Made by a program: the position numbers and the translations under genes
Part shown: in pieces, positions 37,236 to 45,488 of the stretch
Layout of the letters: the number at the start of each line of letters is the position of its first letter
Numbering within the stretch: position 1 is the first letter of the stretch
Assembly: GCA_036759485.1 (NCBI GenBank)
Contig: DAIOUO010000001.1
Span: forward strand, 1 to 45,488
DNA: 45,488 nt
Source of the DNA: Geminicoccaceae bacterium
GTDB taxonomy: Bacteria; Pseudomonadota; Alphaproteobacteria; Geminicoccales; Geminicoccaceae
Direction: 5' to 3'
Notes under the pieces: model-generated
Told to the model about the DNA's origin: nothing
The model's input: the letters and a program-made list of their open reading frames with translations, nothing else
Database searches by the model: none

Positions 37236-37346
37236 ATGCACGAGGGAATCGTGCGGGAGCAGGAGCTGCAGGTTCATCGGCCGGGCCAAGCCTTCGCCGG
37301 TTGGATCGTCGTCGCCGTCCTGTTCCTGCTTTTGAGCCTTGCCTGA
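37236..37346 (+). CDS. Possible 36-aa small membrane protein
   Basis: ATG at 37236 follows GGAGAGGG. The sequence is MHEGIVREQELQVHRPGQAFAGWIVVAVLFLLLSLA. GC3 is about 80 percent by hand count. The ORF is below the ORF-track length cutoff and no family is recognised. Confidence 0.3.
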   Translation: MHEGIVREQELQVHRPGQAFAGWIVVAVLFLLLSLA

Positions 37347-37360
37347 GACCGCGCCTCGCA

Positions 37361-37394
37361 CCGATCCTCGCCCCGTAACCGGGGCGAGGATCGG
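37361..37394 (+). promoter_or_regulatory. Perfect 15-bp stem / 4-nt loop hairpin abutting the cupin start codon
   Basis: The arms are ccgatcctcgccccg (37361-37375) and cggggcgaggatcgg (37380-37394), with loop taac. The right arm contains the only SD-like GAGGA for the ATG at 37395. No T-run follows on either strand. Confidence 0.6.
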
Positions 37395-37790
37395 ATGCCG
37401 GATCTCCCGTTCGCGACCAGGAGCCTGCCGGACGTCGCCGATACGATCGCGCCGGACGGCTCCGAGATCCGAATCCTTCCGCAGCTCGCGCGGGGAAGCA
37501 TGGTGCACGCCCGGCTGGCCCCCGGGAAGACGTCGAAGGCCGTCGTCCATCGCACCGTCGAGGAACTCTGGTTCGTGGTCGCCGGAACGGGCGAGATGTG
37601 GCGGCGCCAGGACGAGCGGGAGGAGATCGTCGTCCTGCGACCCGGGGTCGCCCTGAGCATTCCCGCCGGGACGGTGTTCCAGTTCCGCAATCTCGGGGAG
37701 TGCCCGCTCGACGTCGTGCTCGTCACCATGCCGCCTTGGCCGGGCGAGGAGGAGGCCGTCCCGGCCGCCGGACCGTGGCCTCCGGACTGA
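37395..37790 (+). CDS. Cupin-domain protein
   Basis: 131 aa. The sequence G..H.H.. is replaced here by ..MVHARLAPGKTSKAVVHRTVEELWFVVAGTGEMW...GVALSIPAGTVFQFRN, a single cupin barrel pattern. Confidence 0.8.
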   Translation: MPDLPFATRSLPDVADTIAPDGSEIRILPQLARGSMVHARLAPGKTSKAVVHRTVEELWFVVAGTGEMWRRQDEREEIVVLRPGVALSIPAGTVFQFRNLGECPLDVVLVTMPPWPGEEEAVPAAGPWPPD

Positions 37791-37806
37791 CCTCGGCGCC
37801 GCGGGC

Positions 37807-37917
37807 TCAGAGAAGAAGCAGATTGCTCGCGAGCACCACGACCAGCGAGCCGCCGAGGAGGGCGGCCACGAGGAGCCGCTCCTTGAGCTGGCGCGTGAAA
37901 CGCACGCTTCTCGCCAT
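37807..37917 (-). CDS. Possible 36-aa small membrane protein
   Basis: The internal ATG at 37917 is preceded by GGAGAG. The sequence is MARSVRFTRQLKERLLVAALLGGSLVVVLASNLLLL. GC3 is high. The longer listed ORF (to 38052) has an implausible N-terminus. Confidence 0.3.
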   Translation of the reverse strand: MARSVRFTRQLKERLLVAALLGGSLVVVLASNLLLL

Positions 37918-38137
37918 CGACGCTCTCCGCGGAGAAAGGCTGGGCCGGTCGCTCCCGACGCGCCCAGGATCGCCGGATCCGGTTTCCGGGAGATGACGGG
38001 CGTCACACCCGATGTCGTATTCGTTTCGCATGGTGCGCCGAGGTCGTATCATCGGATGAGGTCAGCGCCGTCTGGCAATCGGCGCATCCGGCGCCAATCT
38101 GTGCCGGGCGAGAGAAGACAGGAGGGCAGCATCGGCA

Positions 38138-39478
38138 GTGACGGCGCCAAGGGTCACGATCATCGGCGGCGGGCTGGCGGGGTCCGAAGCAGCCTGGCAG
38201 CTCGCCAATGCGGGCGTCGCGGTGCGGCTCGTCGAGATGCGGCCAGTCGCACCCACACCGGCCCACAAAACCGACCGCCTGGCCGAGCTCGTCTGCTCGA
38301 ACTCGTTCCGCTCCGACGACGCTTTCGGCAACGCGGTCGGCCTGTTGCACGAGGAGATGCGGCGACTCGGCTCGCTCGTGATGGCGATGGGCGACCGCCA
38401 CAAACTTCCGGCCGGCAGCGCCCTCGCGGTCGATCGCGAAGGGTTCTCCGAGGCGGTCAGCCAGGCGCTCCTTCGTCACCCGCTCGTCACCGTCGAGCGC
38501 CGCGTGGTGGAGCGGCTGCCGCCGCGAGAGGAGGGGCCGACGATCGTGGCGACGGGCCCGCTCACCCACACCGCCCTGGCGGAGGACATCCGTCGGCGCG
38601 GAGGCGAGAGGGAGCTCGCCTTCTTCGATGCCATCGCACCCATCGTCTACCGGGACTCGATCGACTTCTCGAAGGCTTGGATGCAGTCGCGCTGGGACGA
38701 AGCGGGACCGGGCGGCACCGGCTCGGACTACATCAATTGCCCGCTCGACAGGCAGGAGTACGAAGCCTTCGTGGACGCCCTCCTCGCCGCGGAGAAGACG
38801 GAGTTCCGCGAGTGGGAGAAGGAAACACCCTATTTCGAGGGTTGCTTGCCGATCGAGGTGATGGCGGAGCGGGGCCGCGACACCCTTCGCTTCGGGCCGA
38901 TGAAGCCCGTCGGGCTCACCGACCCGCGGACCGGGAAACGGCCCTGGGCGGTGGTCCAGCTCCGGCAGGACAACGCCCTCGGCACACTCTGGAACATGGT
39001 CGGCTTCCAGACCAAGCTGAAGCACGGCGAGCAGGTTCGTGTGTTCCGGACGATACCCGGGCTCGAGCGGGCCGAGTTCGCCCGGCTCGGCGGTCTGCAC
39101 CGCAACACCTTCATCAACGGCCCGCGCTTGTTGGACCGGACCTTGCGCTTCAAGGCGATGCCCTGGATCCGCTTCGCCGGGCAGATCACGGGCTGCGAGG
39201 GCTATGTCGAGAGTGCCGCCCTCGGCCTCCTCGCCGGGCGCTTCTGGGCCGCCGAGCTCGCCGGGCGCGAACCGGTTCCACCGCCCGCCGAGACCGCCCA
39301 CGGAGCCCTACTCGCGCACGTGACCGGTGGCGCCCGGGCGGACAGCTATCAGCCGATGAACGTCAACTTCGGCTTGTTTCCGCCGCTCGAGGCGACCGTG
39401 CCCAAGGCCGAGCGGAAGCGGGCGCTCGCGGAGCGAGCGCTGCGCGTGCTCGACCAATGGATCGCAACCGCGGGGTGA
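38138..39478 (+). CDS. trmFO: Methylenetetrahydrofolate--tRNA-(uracil-5-)-methyltransferase
   Basis: GTG start follows CAGGAGGG. The sequence reads [18 protein letters not shown]...[20 protein letters not shown]...FFDAIAPIV...VVQLRQDN...[16 protein letters not shown]. Confidence 0.93.
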   Translation: MTAPRVTIIGGGLAGSEAAWQLANAGVAVRLVEMRPVAPTPAHKTDRLAELVCSNSFRSDDAFGNAVGLLHEEMRRLGSLVMAMGDRHKLPAGSALAVDREGFSEAVSQALLRHPLVTVERRVVERLPPREEGPTIVATGPLTHTALAEDIRRRGGERELAFFDAIAPIVYRDSIDFSKAWMQSRWDEAGPGGTGSDYINCPLDRQEYEAFVDALLAAEKTEFREWEKETPYFEGCLPIEVMAERGRDTLRFGPMKPVGLTDPRTGKRPWAVVQLRQDNALGTLWNMVGFQTKLKHGEQVRVFRTIPGLERAEFARLGGLHRNTFINGPRLLDRTLRFKAMPWIRFAGQITGCEGYVESAALGLLAGRFWAAELAGREPVPPPAETAHGALLAHVTGGARADSYQPMNVNFGLFPPLEATVPKAERKRALAERALRVLDQWIATAG

Positions 39479-39617
39479 CCGCAGCCTTCGGCTTGTCAAT
39501 CGAGGAAATTCGGCTAGAAGCACCGGATCGAGGAGGCCGGGTCGAAGCTGCCGACCGGTCCGGCACCCGCGCCGCCCGACGTTCGCTTGCCCACGCCGGC
39601 CGGAAAGAAGCGACACG

Positions 39618-40364
39618 GTGGAACGCCCCGCGACCGTGACGACCGCTCCCGATCCGAGACCCGCGCCCTTTCAGGTCCGGGGCTCGGTGCAGACGCTCTT
39701 GAGCCTGCGCCTTCTCGCGCCAGCCGATCCCGATCTTTTCCCCCTCCTGCGGGACAAGATCGCGCACAATCCGGACTTCTATCGCGACGCGCCGGTGGTC
39801 ATCGACGTGGCGCCGGTCGCCGATAGCGCGCCGATCGATCTCGAGGGGTTCGCAGCCGAACTGCGCCGACTGCGCCTCGTGCCCGTGGGCGTGCAGAACG
39901 CTGGACCGGCCTGGCAGGCGGCGGCACGGAGCGCCGGCCTCGCGGTGCTCGCCGGCGGCGGTCGGCCTGCGACCAACAACACGTCGGCGCGCCCGGAATT
40001 CGTGCGCAGCCGGCCTTCGCCACATCCGCCCCGAGGTGCCGGCCTCGTGATCGCCGAGCCGGTCCGCGGAGGCCAGCAGGTGACTTGCCCGGACGGCGAT
40101 CTCACGGTGTTGGCCTCGGTCAGTCACGGTGCGGAGCTGGTCGCCGCCGGCCACATCCACGTCTACGGGCCGCTTCGAGGGCGGGCGTTCGCCGGGGCGA
40201 GCGGCGACGAGCGGGCGATGATCTTCTGCGACCAGCTCGAAGCCGAGCTCGTCTCGATCGCCGGCGTCTACCTCGTGAGCGAGGATGTCGACCCGCGGCT
40301 GCGCGGCAAGCGCGTGCGGGTCTGGTGCGACGGCGAGCGGCTGTCGATCGGACCGGTTCCCTGA
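39618..40364 (+). CDS. minC: Septum site-determining protein MinC
   Basis: The N-terminus reads FQVRGSVQTLLSLRL. The C-terminal beta-helix region reads GGQQVTCPDGDLTVLASVSHGAELVAAGHIHVYGPLRGRAFAG...IFC. minD and minE follow. The start is uncertain. Confidence 0.85.
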   Translation: MERPATVTTAPDPRPAPFQVRGSVQTLLSLRLLAPADPDLFPLLRDKIAHNPDFYRDAPVVIDVAPVADSAPIDLEGFAAELRRLRLVPVGVQNAGPAWQAAARSAGLAVLAGGGRPATNNTSARPEFVRSRPSPHPPRGAGLVIAEPVRGGQQVTCPDGDLTVLASVSHGAELVAAGHIHVYGPLRGRAFAGASGDERAMIFCDQLEAELVSIAGVYLVSEDVDPRLRGKRVRVWCDGERLSIGPVP

Positions 40365-40408
40365 GGCGGGTGGCGCGCCCGTCTCGCTGATTGCCCGGGA
40401 GGAGGCTC

Positions 40409-41224
40409 TTGTCGCAGGTCATCGTCGTCACGTCGGGCAAGGGCGGGGTCGGCAAGACCACGAGCGCTGCGGCCATCGCCGCCGGCCTCGCCATGAAAGG
40501 CAAGAAAGTCTGCGTGATCGACTTCGACGTCGGCTTGCGCAACCTCGACCTGATCATGGGCGTCGAGCGGCGGGTCGTGTTCGACTTCATCAACGTGATC
40601 AACGACGGGATTCGCCTCAACCAGGCGCTCATCAAGGACAAGCGGGTCGAGGGCCTCTACATCCTGCCGACGTCGCAGACTCGGGACAAGGACGCCTTGT
40701 CGCGAGAAGGCGTCGAGCGGGTGATCGAAGAGCTGCGCCAGGACTTCGACTACGTCATCTGCGACAGTCCGGCGGGGATCGAGAAGGGGGCCTATATGGC
40801 CCTGTACTTCGCCGACGAGGCGATCGTGGTGACCAATCCGGAGGTGAGCTCGGTCCGCGACAGTGATCGCATACTCGGTATTCTCAATTCGAAGTCGCGA
40901 CGCGCCGAGAAGGGCGAAGCGCCGATGAAGCAGCATCTGCTGCTGACCCGCTACGATCTCGATCGGGTGGCACGCGGCGAGATGCTGAAGCTCGAAGACG
41001 TGCTCGAGATCCTCGCCATTCCGGTCCTCGGCGTGATCCCGCAGGACGATCTCGTCCTGCAGTGCTCGAATCTCGGCATGCCGGTCGTGCTCGAGCCGAA
41101 GTCGATCGCGGGCCAGGCCTATATGGACGCGGTCCGGCGGCTCGTGGGAGAGACGGTCGAGCTCCGGTTCACCACGCCACCCAAGAAGAGCTTCGTCAAC
41201 TGGCTCCTGCGGAGGACGGCGTGA
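40409..41224 (+). CDS. minD: Septum site-determining ATPase MinD
   Basis: The in-frame TTG at 40409 is preceded by GGGAGGAGG and gives (M)SQVIVVTSGKGGVGKTTSAAAIAAGLA... The protein is 271 aa with a C-terminal amphipathic helix (KKSFVNWLLRR). The listed start at 40391 is less likely. Confidence 0.95.
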   Translation: MSQVIVVTSGKGGVGKTTSAAAIAAGLAMKGKKVCVIDFDVGLRNLDLIMGVERRVVFDFINVINDGIRLNQALIKDKRVEGLYILPTSQTRDKDALSREGVERVIEELRQDFDYVICDSPAGIEKGAYMALYFADEAIVVTNPEVSSVRDSDRILGILNSKSRRAEKGEAPMKQHLLLTRYDLDRVARGEMLKLEDVLEILAIPVLGVIPQDDLVLQCSNLGMPVVLEPKSIAGQAYMDAVRRLVGETVELRFTTPPKKSFVNWLLRRTA

Positions 41225-41508
41225 GGCTCAAGGACCTCTTCGCCCTCTTCCGCGGTCCGACCCGCACCGAGGGCAGCGCCTCGGCCGCCAAGCAGCGCCT
41301 GCAGGTCATCCTCGCCGTCGAGCGCCCCCTGACGCGCGGTCAGCCCGACTTCCTGCCGTTGATGCAGCGCGAGATCCTCGACGTGATCCGCAAATACGTG
41401 CCGATCGACGAACGCAAGCTCAAGATCGAGGTCGAGCGCGAGGCGGACATGTCACTGCTCGCGGTCTCGATCGAGCTGCCGAACGCCGTGCTCACCCGGG
41501 CGATCTGA
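41221..41508 (+). CDS. minE: Cell division topological specificity factor MinE
   Basis: GTG at 41221 overlaps the minD TGA (GTGA). The sequence reads LFALFRGPTRTEGSASAAKQRLQVILAVER...LMQREILDVIRKYV. The protein is 95 aa. Confidence 0.9.
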   Translation: MRLKDLFALFRGPTRTEGSASAAKQRLQVILAVERPLTRGQPDFLPLMQREILDVIRKYVPIDERKLKIEVEREADMSLLAVSIELPNAVLTRAI

Positions 41509-41658
41509 GGTCGGGCCCGAACCCACGCCGGACCTCCGACGCCGGTTCCGCGCGAGCACACGCGCCGATTCCTGGTCCGCTGGACACTTCGCCTGGGCGT
41601 CCCGGGCCCGGTCGCGCTCGTCGGTTTTCTCGCTGCCCGTGCATGGTACGCTCTCCTC

Positions 41659-41991
41659 TTGCAGCCGCTCGAGCGCTGGCACACCCCGGTGCCCGCCGAG
41701 CCCGACCTCGCGACCCTCGAGCGCCTCGACTGGCAGGGCCGGCTCGAGGCAGAGGCCCACTCGATGGCCGAGGTCGAGCGCGAGGTGGGGCGCGCCCGGC
41801 CGTCCGAAGGTCTGGCACGCCTCGATCGTTGCGTCCGCTCGACGCCTGTCTGGCCCGGTCGGTTCACATCGAATTGGCACCGCACCGACCTGCTCGAGCC
41901 GGAAGGCGCCCCGGAGGGCTCGATCGAGCCGCTGCACGGGCTTCTGCGGGCCCGGCTGCGCCGCATGGGGCCTGGGGTTCGCTCGTGGTGA
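41659..41991 (+). CDS. Hypothetical protein; the true start may lie upstream
   Basis: GC3 is about 85-90 percent by hand count in this frame. The same frame upstream of the TTG at 41659 encodes a signal-anchor-like stretch (RRFLVRWTLRLGVPGPVALVGFLAARAWYALLL), but it has only CTG codons as possible starts. No family is recognised. Confidence 0.4.
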   Translation: MQPLERWHTPVPAEPDLATLERLDWQGRLEAEAHSMAEVEREVGRARPSEGLARLDRCVRSTPVWPGRFTSNWHRTDLLEPEGAPEGSIEPLHGLLRARLRRMGPGVRSW

Positions 41992-42046
41992 CGATCCCGG
42001 GTCCCGACGACCCGAACGCCGTGCCGAGGATCGTCTGCCCGGTTCC

Positions 42047-42364
42047 GTGGACGAGCGCCTCCAACCGCTGTCGATCCCCTGGCCGAGCGAGCTCCGCTCC
42101 TCGAGCTACGTCGCACTGCCCTTCCCGCCGGGTGATGCCCCGTGCGGCTCGGCTCCGGACGGCAGCGATGACTTCGGGATCGAGCTCGGAACGGTCGCCG
42201 CACGCGGGGAGGTCGGCGTCCCGATCTCGCCCTTGGACGCGACGTTGCGCGCCTCCTCGAGCCCTTTCTTCCCCTGCTTCGTCGAACGCGTCGGGGCCGG
42301 CATCGACGATCCCGCCCCTCGCCGCCGAGGAGGTTCAAGGTCTCGGGTCGAGCTCCATCGGTAG
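42047..42364 (+). CDS. Hypothetical coding segment, possibly the frameshifted continuation of the preceding ORF
   Basis: From the GTG at 42047 this frame has a hand-counted GC3 of about 88 percent, with position-1 and position-2 values typical of coding sequence. The sequence is VDERLQPLSIPWPSELRSSSYVALPFPPGDAPCGSAPDGSDDFGIELGTV.. It overlaps the mltA 3' end convergently by 30 nt. No family is recognised. Confidence 0.3.
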   Translation: MDERLQPLSIPWPSELRSSSYVALPFPPGDAPCGSAPDGSDDFGIELGTVAARGEVGVPISPLDATLRASSSPFFPCFVERVGAGIDDPAPRRRGGSRSRVELHR

Positions 42365-43534
42365 GAGGAGCCAGTAGCGTCCGCGGCTTTTCATGTGCCC
42401 GGCGGCGTGCTCGGCCTCGGGCCCCGAGCCCCAGAAGAGATCGCCGCGGACGGGGCCGCGGATCGCGCCCCCGGTGTCCTGGGCGACCACGAGCCGCCGG
42501 ACCGCCCGCTCGCCCTCGGGCAGTGGTGCGGAGGTATCGAGCCAGAGTGGTAGGCCCAGGGGAACGAAACGGCGATCGACGGCGAGCGAGCGGCCGGGTG
42601 TCAGGGGCACTCCCTGCGCTCCGGGCGGGCCGGGCGCATCCTCGGGCAGCGCCAGTTCCCGGAAGAACACGTAGGACGGGTTGCGGTGGAGGATCTCGAG
42701 GGCACGGTCCGGGTTGGCCGCGAGCCAGGCTTTGATGCTCTGCATCGACACGGCCTCGCGGGACAGCGCACCCATCTCGACGAGGTCCCTTCCGATCGCC
42801 CGGTAAGGGTGGCCGTTCTGATCGGCGTAACCGACCCGTAAGGTGCCGCCTTCGACGAGCGCGATCCGGCCGGACCCCTGCACGTGCAGAAAGAAGAGTG
42901 CCACGGGATCGGCGATCCAGGCGAGCTCGAGACCGCGACCGGCGAGCGCACCGGCATCGATCTCGGCACGCGTCGGATAGGGCACGAGACGTCCGTTCTG
43001 CACGCGTCCGGCGATCCGCCGCCCCTCGAGCGCCGGGTCGAAGCGGCCGAGCTCGACCGTCACGAGATCGGCCGGGCGACGGTAGATCGGATGGCGAAAG
43101 CGCCCTTCCGGCTTGCGGGAGCCTTCGAGGAGCGGCTCGAAATAGCCGGTGAAGAGCCCATCGGGATCGCCTCGATCGCTCGCGAGCCACGGACGCAACG
43201 CGGCTTCGATCCGCTCCCGGGCCTCTTCCGCACTCGGCAGCGGCACGCTCAGGGTGGTGCAAGCCGCACGCCAGTCCCCGACCCGCCCGAAGCGGGGGTC
43301 GCGCGCGAACGGTTCCTCCGAGCGGCGAGCCGCCAGAAGCGCGCAGGAGCGAGCGAACGCCTCGATTGCCGGGCGCGGGTCGTCCTCCCTCCAGCCCGGG
43401 AGATCGGCGTAACGTGCGGGTCCCAGTACGAGGACGGCCTCGCCCGGTGGCGTCGGTCGCAACCACCACCAGAAGCCGACCCCGAGGCCGGCTGCGAGTA
43501 GGGCGGCGAGGACGGCGAGGAGACGGGCCCTCAC
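42335..43534 (-). CDS. mltA: Membrane-bound lytic murein transglycosylase A
   Basis: The GTG start overlaps the upstream TGA. The protein has an N-terminal signal anchor. The sequence reads LFTGYFEP...FFLHVQGSGRI...YADQNGHPYRAIGR...NPSYVFFRE...GVPLTPGRSLAVD...AQDTGGAIRGPVRGDLFWG. Confidence 0.9.
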   Translation of the reverse strand: MRARLLAVLAALLAAGLGVGFWWWLRPTPPGEAVLVLGPARYADLPGWREDDPRPAIEAFARSCALLAARRSEEPFARDPRFGRVGDWRAACTTLSVPLPSAEEARERIEAALRPWLASDRGDPDGLFTGYFEPLLEGSRKPEGRFRHPIYRRPADLVTVELGRFDPALEGRRIAGRVQNGRLVPYPTRAEIDAGALAGRGLELAWIADPVALFFLHVQGSGRIALVEGGTLRVGYADQNGHPYRAIGRDLVEMGALSREAVSMQSIKAWLAANPDRALEILHRNPSYVFFRELALPEDAPGPPGAQGVPLTPGRSLAVDRRFVPLGLPLWLDTSAPLPEGERAVRRLVVAQDTGGAIRGPVRGDLFWGSGPEAEHAAGHMKSRGRYWLLLPMELDPRP

Positions 43535-44220
43535 GCCCCGGAGCGGGTTTCGACGAGTACCCAGTTCGGGTCCCGCGAGGTGACGTCGCGCTGGAACGTC
43601 CAGACGTCGATCACCGTCTCCACCGTCGAAGGATCACCCTCGACCACCGCCCCCGAGGCGTCGCGCGTGCAGTTGATCTGTTCGCTCGTGAAGCGGACCG
43701 TGACACGGGCCGACCGTCCGTCCAGGGCGGCACCCACGATCTCCGCGCCACGCAGGGCCACGAGTTCGGTCTCGAGGGTGCGGCCCCGCCGCTGCCGCTC
43801 GTCGATCGCTGCAGCGAAACTGGCGAAAACCGGTGGTGCGAGCAGCGGCTCGAGGGTGGCTTTGTCGCCCCTGGCGAAGGCTTCGACGATCATGGCGAAG
43901 GCCGCTTTGGCGCCCTGCAGGAAGGCGTCGAGGTCGAAGCTCGGATCGGCGAGCCGAATGCGCGTGAGTCCGTCCTTGAGAGCCGGTCCCGCTTCGGCCG
44001 CGATCGGCGCTTCCTCGACCGAGGTCCGCCGACGGTCGGGAAGCGGTACGACCTTGTCCGCGGCCTCGCCGCCGGCCGGGGCCGGTTGTGGCTGGATCCG
44101 CGGTGGCCGCTGGCGCTCGTGGCCCGTTCGGCGCCCGAGCACGGAACGCAGTCGGACCGCGATGAACACGGCGACCGCCGCGAAGAAGATGATGTCGAGG
44201 AGCGCGTAACCGTCGGACAT
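43531..44220 (-). CDS. Tim44-like domain protein
   Basis: The protein has an N-terminal TM segment (LLDIIFFAAVAVFIAV). The C-terminal domain reads FDLDAFLQGAKAAFAMIVEAFARGD...VTVRFTSEQIN...VIDVWTFQRD..SRDPNWVLV. It sits in the classic alphaproteobacterial position between secB and mltA. Confidence 0.85.
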   Translation of the reverse strand: MSDGYALLDIIFFAAVAVFIAVRLRSVLGRRTGHERQRPPRIQPQPAPAGGEAADKVVPLPDRRRTSVEEAPIAAEAGPALKDGLTRIRLADPSFDLDAFLQGAKAAFAMIVEAFARGDKATLEPLLAPPVFASFAAAIDERQRRGRTLETELVALRGAEIVGAALDGRSARVTVRFTSEQINCTRDASGAVVEGDPSTVETVIDVWTFQRDVTSRDPNWVLVETRSGA

Positions 44221-44373
44221 CGAGGATGGTCGGGCCTGCTCGACCGGCGGATGAACCGGCGCAGCCGCGCCGGTGGCATGCAGCGCCGCCCTGCATCATA
44301 TAAGCCGCGCCGAGCAAAAACAAACCGCCCGGCCCCGCGATCGGCGGCGGGGCGTCCCTCGGGGATCGTCGCG

Positions 44374-44916
44374 ATGCTCCTCGTGCGTCATGCCCAATCG
44401 GAGTGGAATCGCCGTTTCGGGGCGAGCCGGATCGACCCCGGGCTGCCCGACCCGCCGCTCACCGAGCAGGGCATCGCCGAGGCGCGGGCCGCCGCCGACC
44501 TGCTGCGCCGCGAGGGGATCCGGCGGATCCTCGCGAGCCCCTATCGGCGGGCCTTGCAGACCGCGCAGATCCTCGCCGAGGAGCTCGGATTGCCGGTCGT
44601 CGTCGAACCGCTCGTCCGGGAGCGGTGTGCCTTCTCTTGCGATCAAGGCGCTCCACCGGAGCGGCTGCGGGCCGAATGGCCCGGCTTCGACTTCGCCGAC
44701 CTCGAGCCGGTCTGGTGGGGTGGTGTCATCGAGAGCATCGCGAGCCTCGAGGCCCGGGCCCGGCGCTTCCTCGCGATGGCGGCGAGCCTCGAGGAGCCGC
44801 AGACCGTGGCCGTGATCACGCACTGGGGCTTCATCCGTTGCCTCACGGGCCAGGAAGTGGGAAACCTCGGCGCCGTCCGACTGCGGTTCGACCGCCCGGC
44901 CGGGTGGGCCGGGTAG
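44374..44916 (+). CDS. Histidine phosphatase (phosphoglycerate mutase-like) family protein
   Basis: Internal ATG at 44374. The sequence MLLVRHAQSEWN contains the RHG-type motif. It continues ..ILASPYRRALQTAQIL.. and ..VITHWGFIR. Confidence 0.8.
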   Translation: MLLVRHAQSEWNRRFGASRIDPGLPDPPLTEQGIAEARAAADLLRREGIRRILASPYRRALQTAQILAEELGLPVVVEPLVRERCAFSCDQGAPPERLRAEWPGFDFADLEPVWWGGVIESIASLEARARRFLAMAASLEEPQTVAVITHWGFIRCLTGQEVGNLGAVRLRFDRPAGWAG

Positions 44917-44949
44917 GGCCGGCGGTCCGAATCAGACGAGGAGCGGAAG

Positions 44950-45453
44950 ATGAGTGAGCCGGGCGCGCCCGCGGGCACGACCGATGAAGGGCAGGCACAG
45001 GCGGCACAGCCGCGCCTGTCGATCCTGACCCAGTACGTCAAGGACCTGTCGTTCGAGAATCCGCGCGCGCCGATGGGCATCGCACCCGGTCAGCCGCGCC
45101 CCGAGATCCAGATCGCGGTGGACGTCAACGCCCGCCAGGTCGGGGAGCAACACTACGAGGTCGTGCTTCAGACCAACATCGAGGCGAAGTCCGGGGACAC
45201 GCCCTTCTTCCTCATGGAGCTCGCCTATGGTGGCGTGTTCGCCCTCGCCAACATTCCGGAGGACACGCTGCAGCCGCTGCTCCTGATCGAGTGCCCGCGG
45301 ATCCTGTTCCCCTTCGCGCGGCGGATCGTCGCGGACGTGACCCGGGACGGCGGGTTGCCGCCGCTTCTCCTCGATCCCATCGACTTCGCTACACTCTATC
45401 GTCGCCGGCTCGCGCAACGGGCGCAGCAGGAAGGCACCGCCGGCAACGCCTGA
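44950..45453 (+). CDS. secB: Protein-export chaperone SecB
   Basis: The sequence reads LSILTQYVKDLSFENPRAP...FLMELAYGGVFAL...LLIECPRILFPFARRIVADVTRDGGLPPLLLDPIDF. Confidence 0.93.
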   Translation: MSEPGAPAGTTDEGQAQAAQPRLSILTQYVKDLSFENPRAPMGIAPGQPRPEIQIAVDVNARQVGEQHYEVVLQTNIEAKSGDTPFFLMELAYGGVFALANIPEDTLQPLLLIECPRILFPFARRIVADVTRDGGLPPLLLDPIDFATLYRRRLAQRAQQEGTAGNA

Positions 45454-45488
45454 GCTCCGGTGCGGCGGGCGCCCGCGGATCGGCGGAC

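Noticed and set aside
37191-38006. 271-aa minus-strand ORF overlapping the cupin gene
   Set aside because: It lies antisense to a cupin ORF that has clear family features, and its composition is Arg/Ser/Pro-rich. Only its extreme 3' region overlaps the possible 36-aa mini-ORF, which is read in a different context.
41864-42303. Minus-strand ORFs (42106-42303 and 41864-42064) as a possible Smr-domain gene downstream of mltA
   Set aside because: No LDLHG or Smr-type motifs appear in any minus-strand frame. The exactly antisense plus-strand frame has the higher third-position G+C, which favours plus-strand coding.

Overview
High-GC chromosomal segment of about 45.5 kb. The housekeeping synteny looks alphaproteobacterial (inference): parE, glnA, a DEAD-box helicase, nudF, an NDUFS4-like ETC subunit, glpD, tRNA-Arg(TCT), ssb/uvrA, trmFO, minCDE, and mltA-Tim44-like-secB. 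I support roughly 50 genes. Many of the longest ORFs in the supplied track are Arg/Ala/Pro/Gly-rich shadow ORFs antisense to, or out of frame with, real genes. Several real genes start well inside the listed ORFs, often at GTG/TTG codons that overlap the upstream stop by 4 nt (GTGA, ATGA or TTGA at 1407-1410, 8713-8716, 11593-11596, 17982-17985, 19868-19871, 20641-20644, 24712-24715, 36276-36279, 41221-41224 and 43531-43534). The most interesting locus is at the extreme left edge on the minus strand. It encodes a 133-aa peptide whose C-terminus is three in-phase 20-aa repeats built around GKQRFA[AP]G. This is followed by a YcaO-domain gene and then, coupled by a GTGA overlap, an ORF missing from the supplied track because it runs off the window. 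That ORF reads as a TfuA-like domain fused to a clostripain-like (C11) cysteine peptidase domain. I interpret this as a candidate YcaO/TfuA (thioamide-type) RiPP cluster with a multi-core precursor and a built-in protease, truncated by the window edge. Other points of note follow. A sugar-type ABC transporter operon carries up to four independent lesions. A malate/L-lactate dehydrogenase-family gene is frameshifted. The normally adjacent divergent ssb/uvrA pair is separated by a 3.7 kb three-gene insert that includes a lower-GC patch and a 579-aa orphan protein with propeller-like repeats. A perfect 15-bp hairpin sits on the ribosome-binding site of a cupin gene. A region between minE and mltA shows coding signal that hops frames. 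I found no CRISPR array, rRNA, transposase or integrase.
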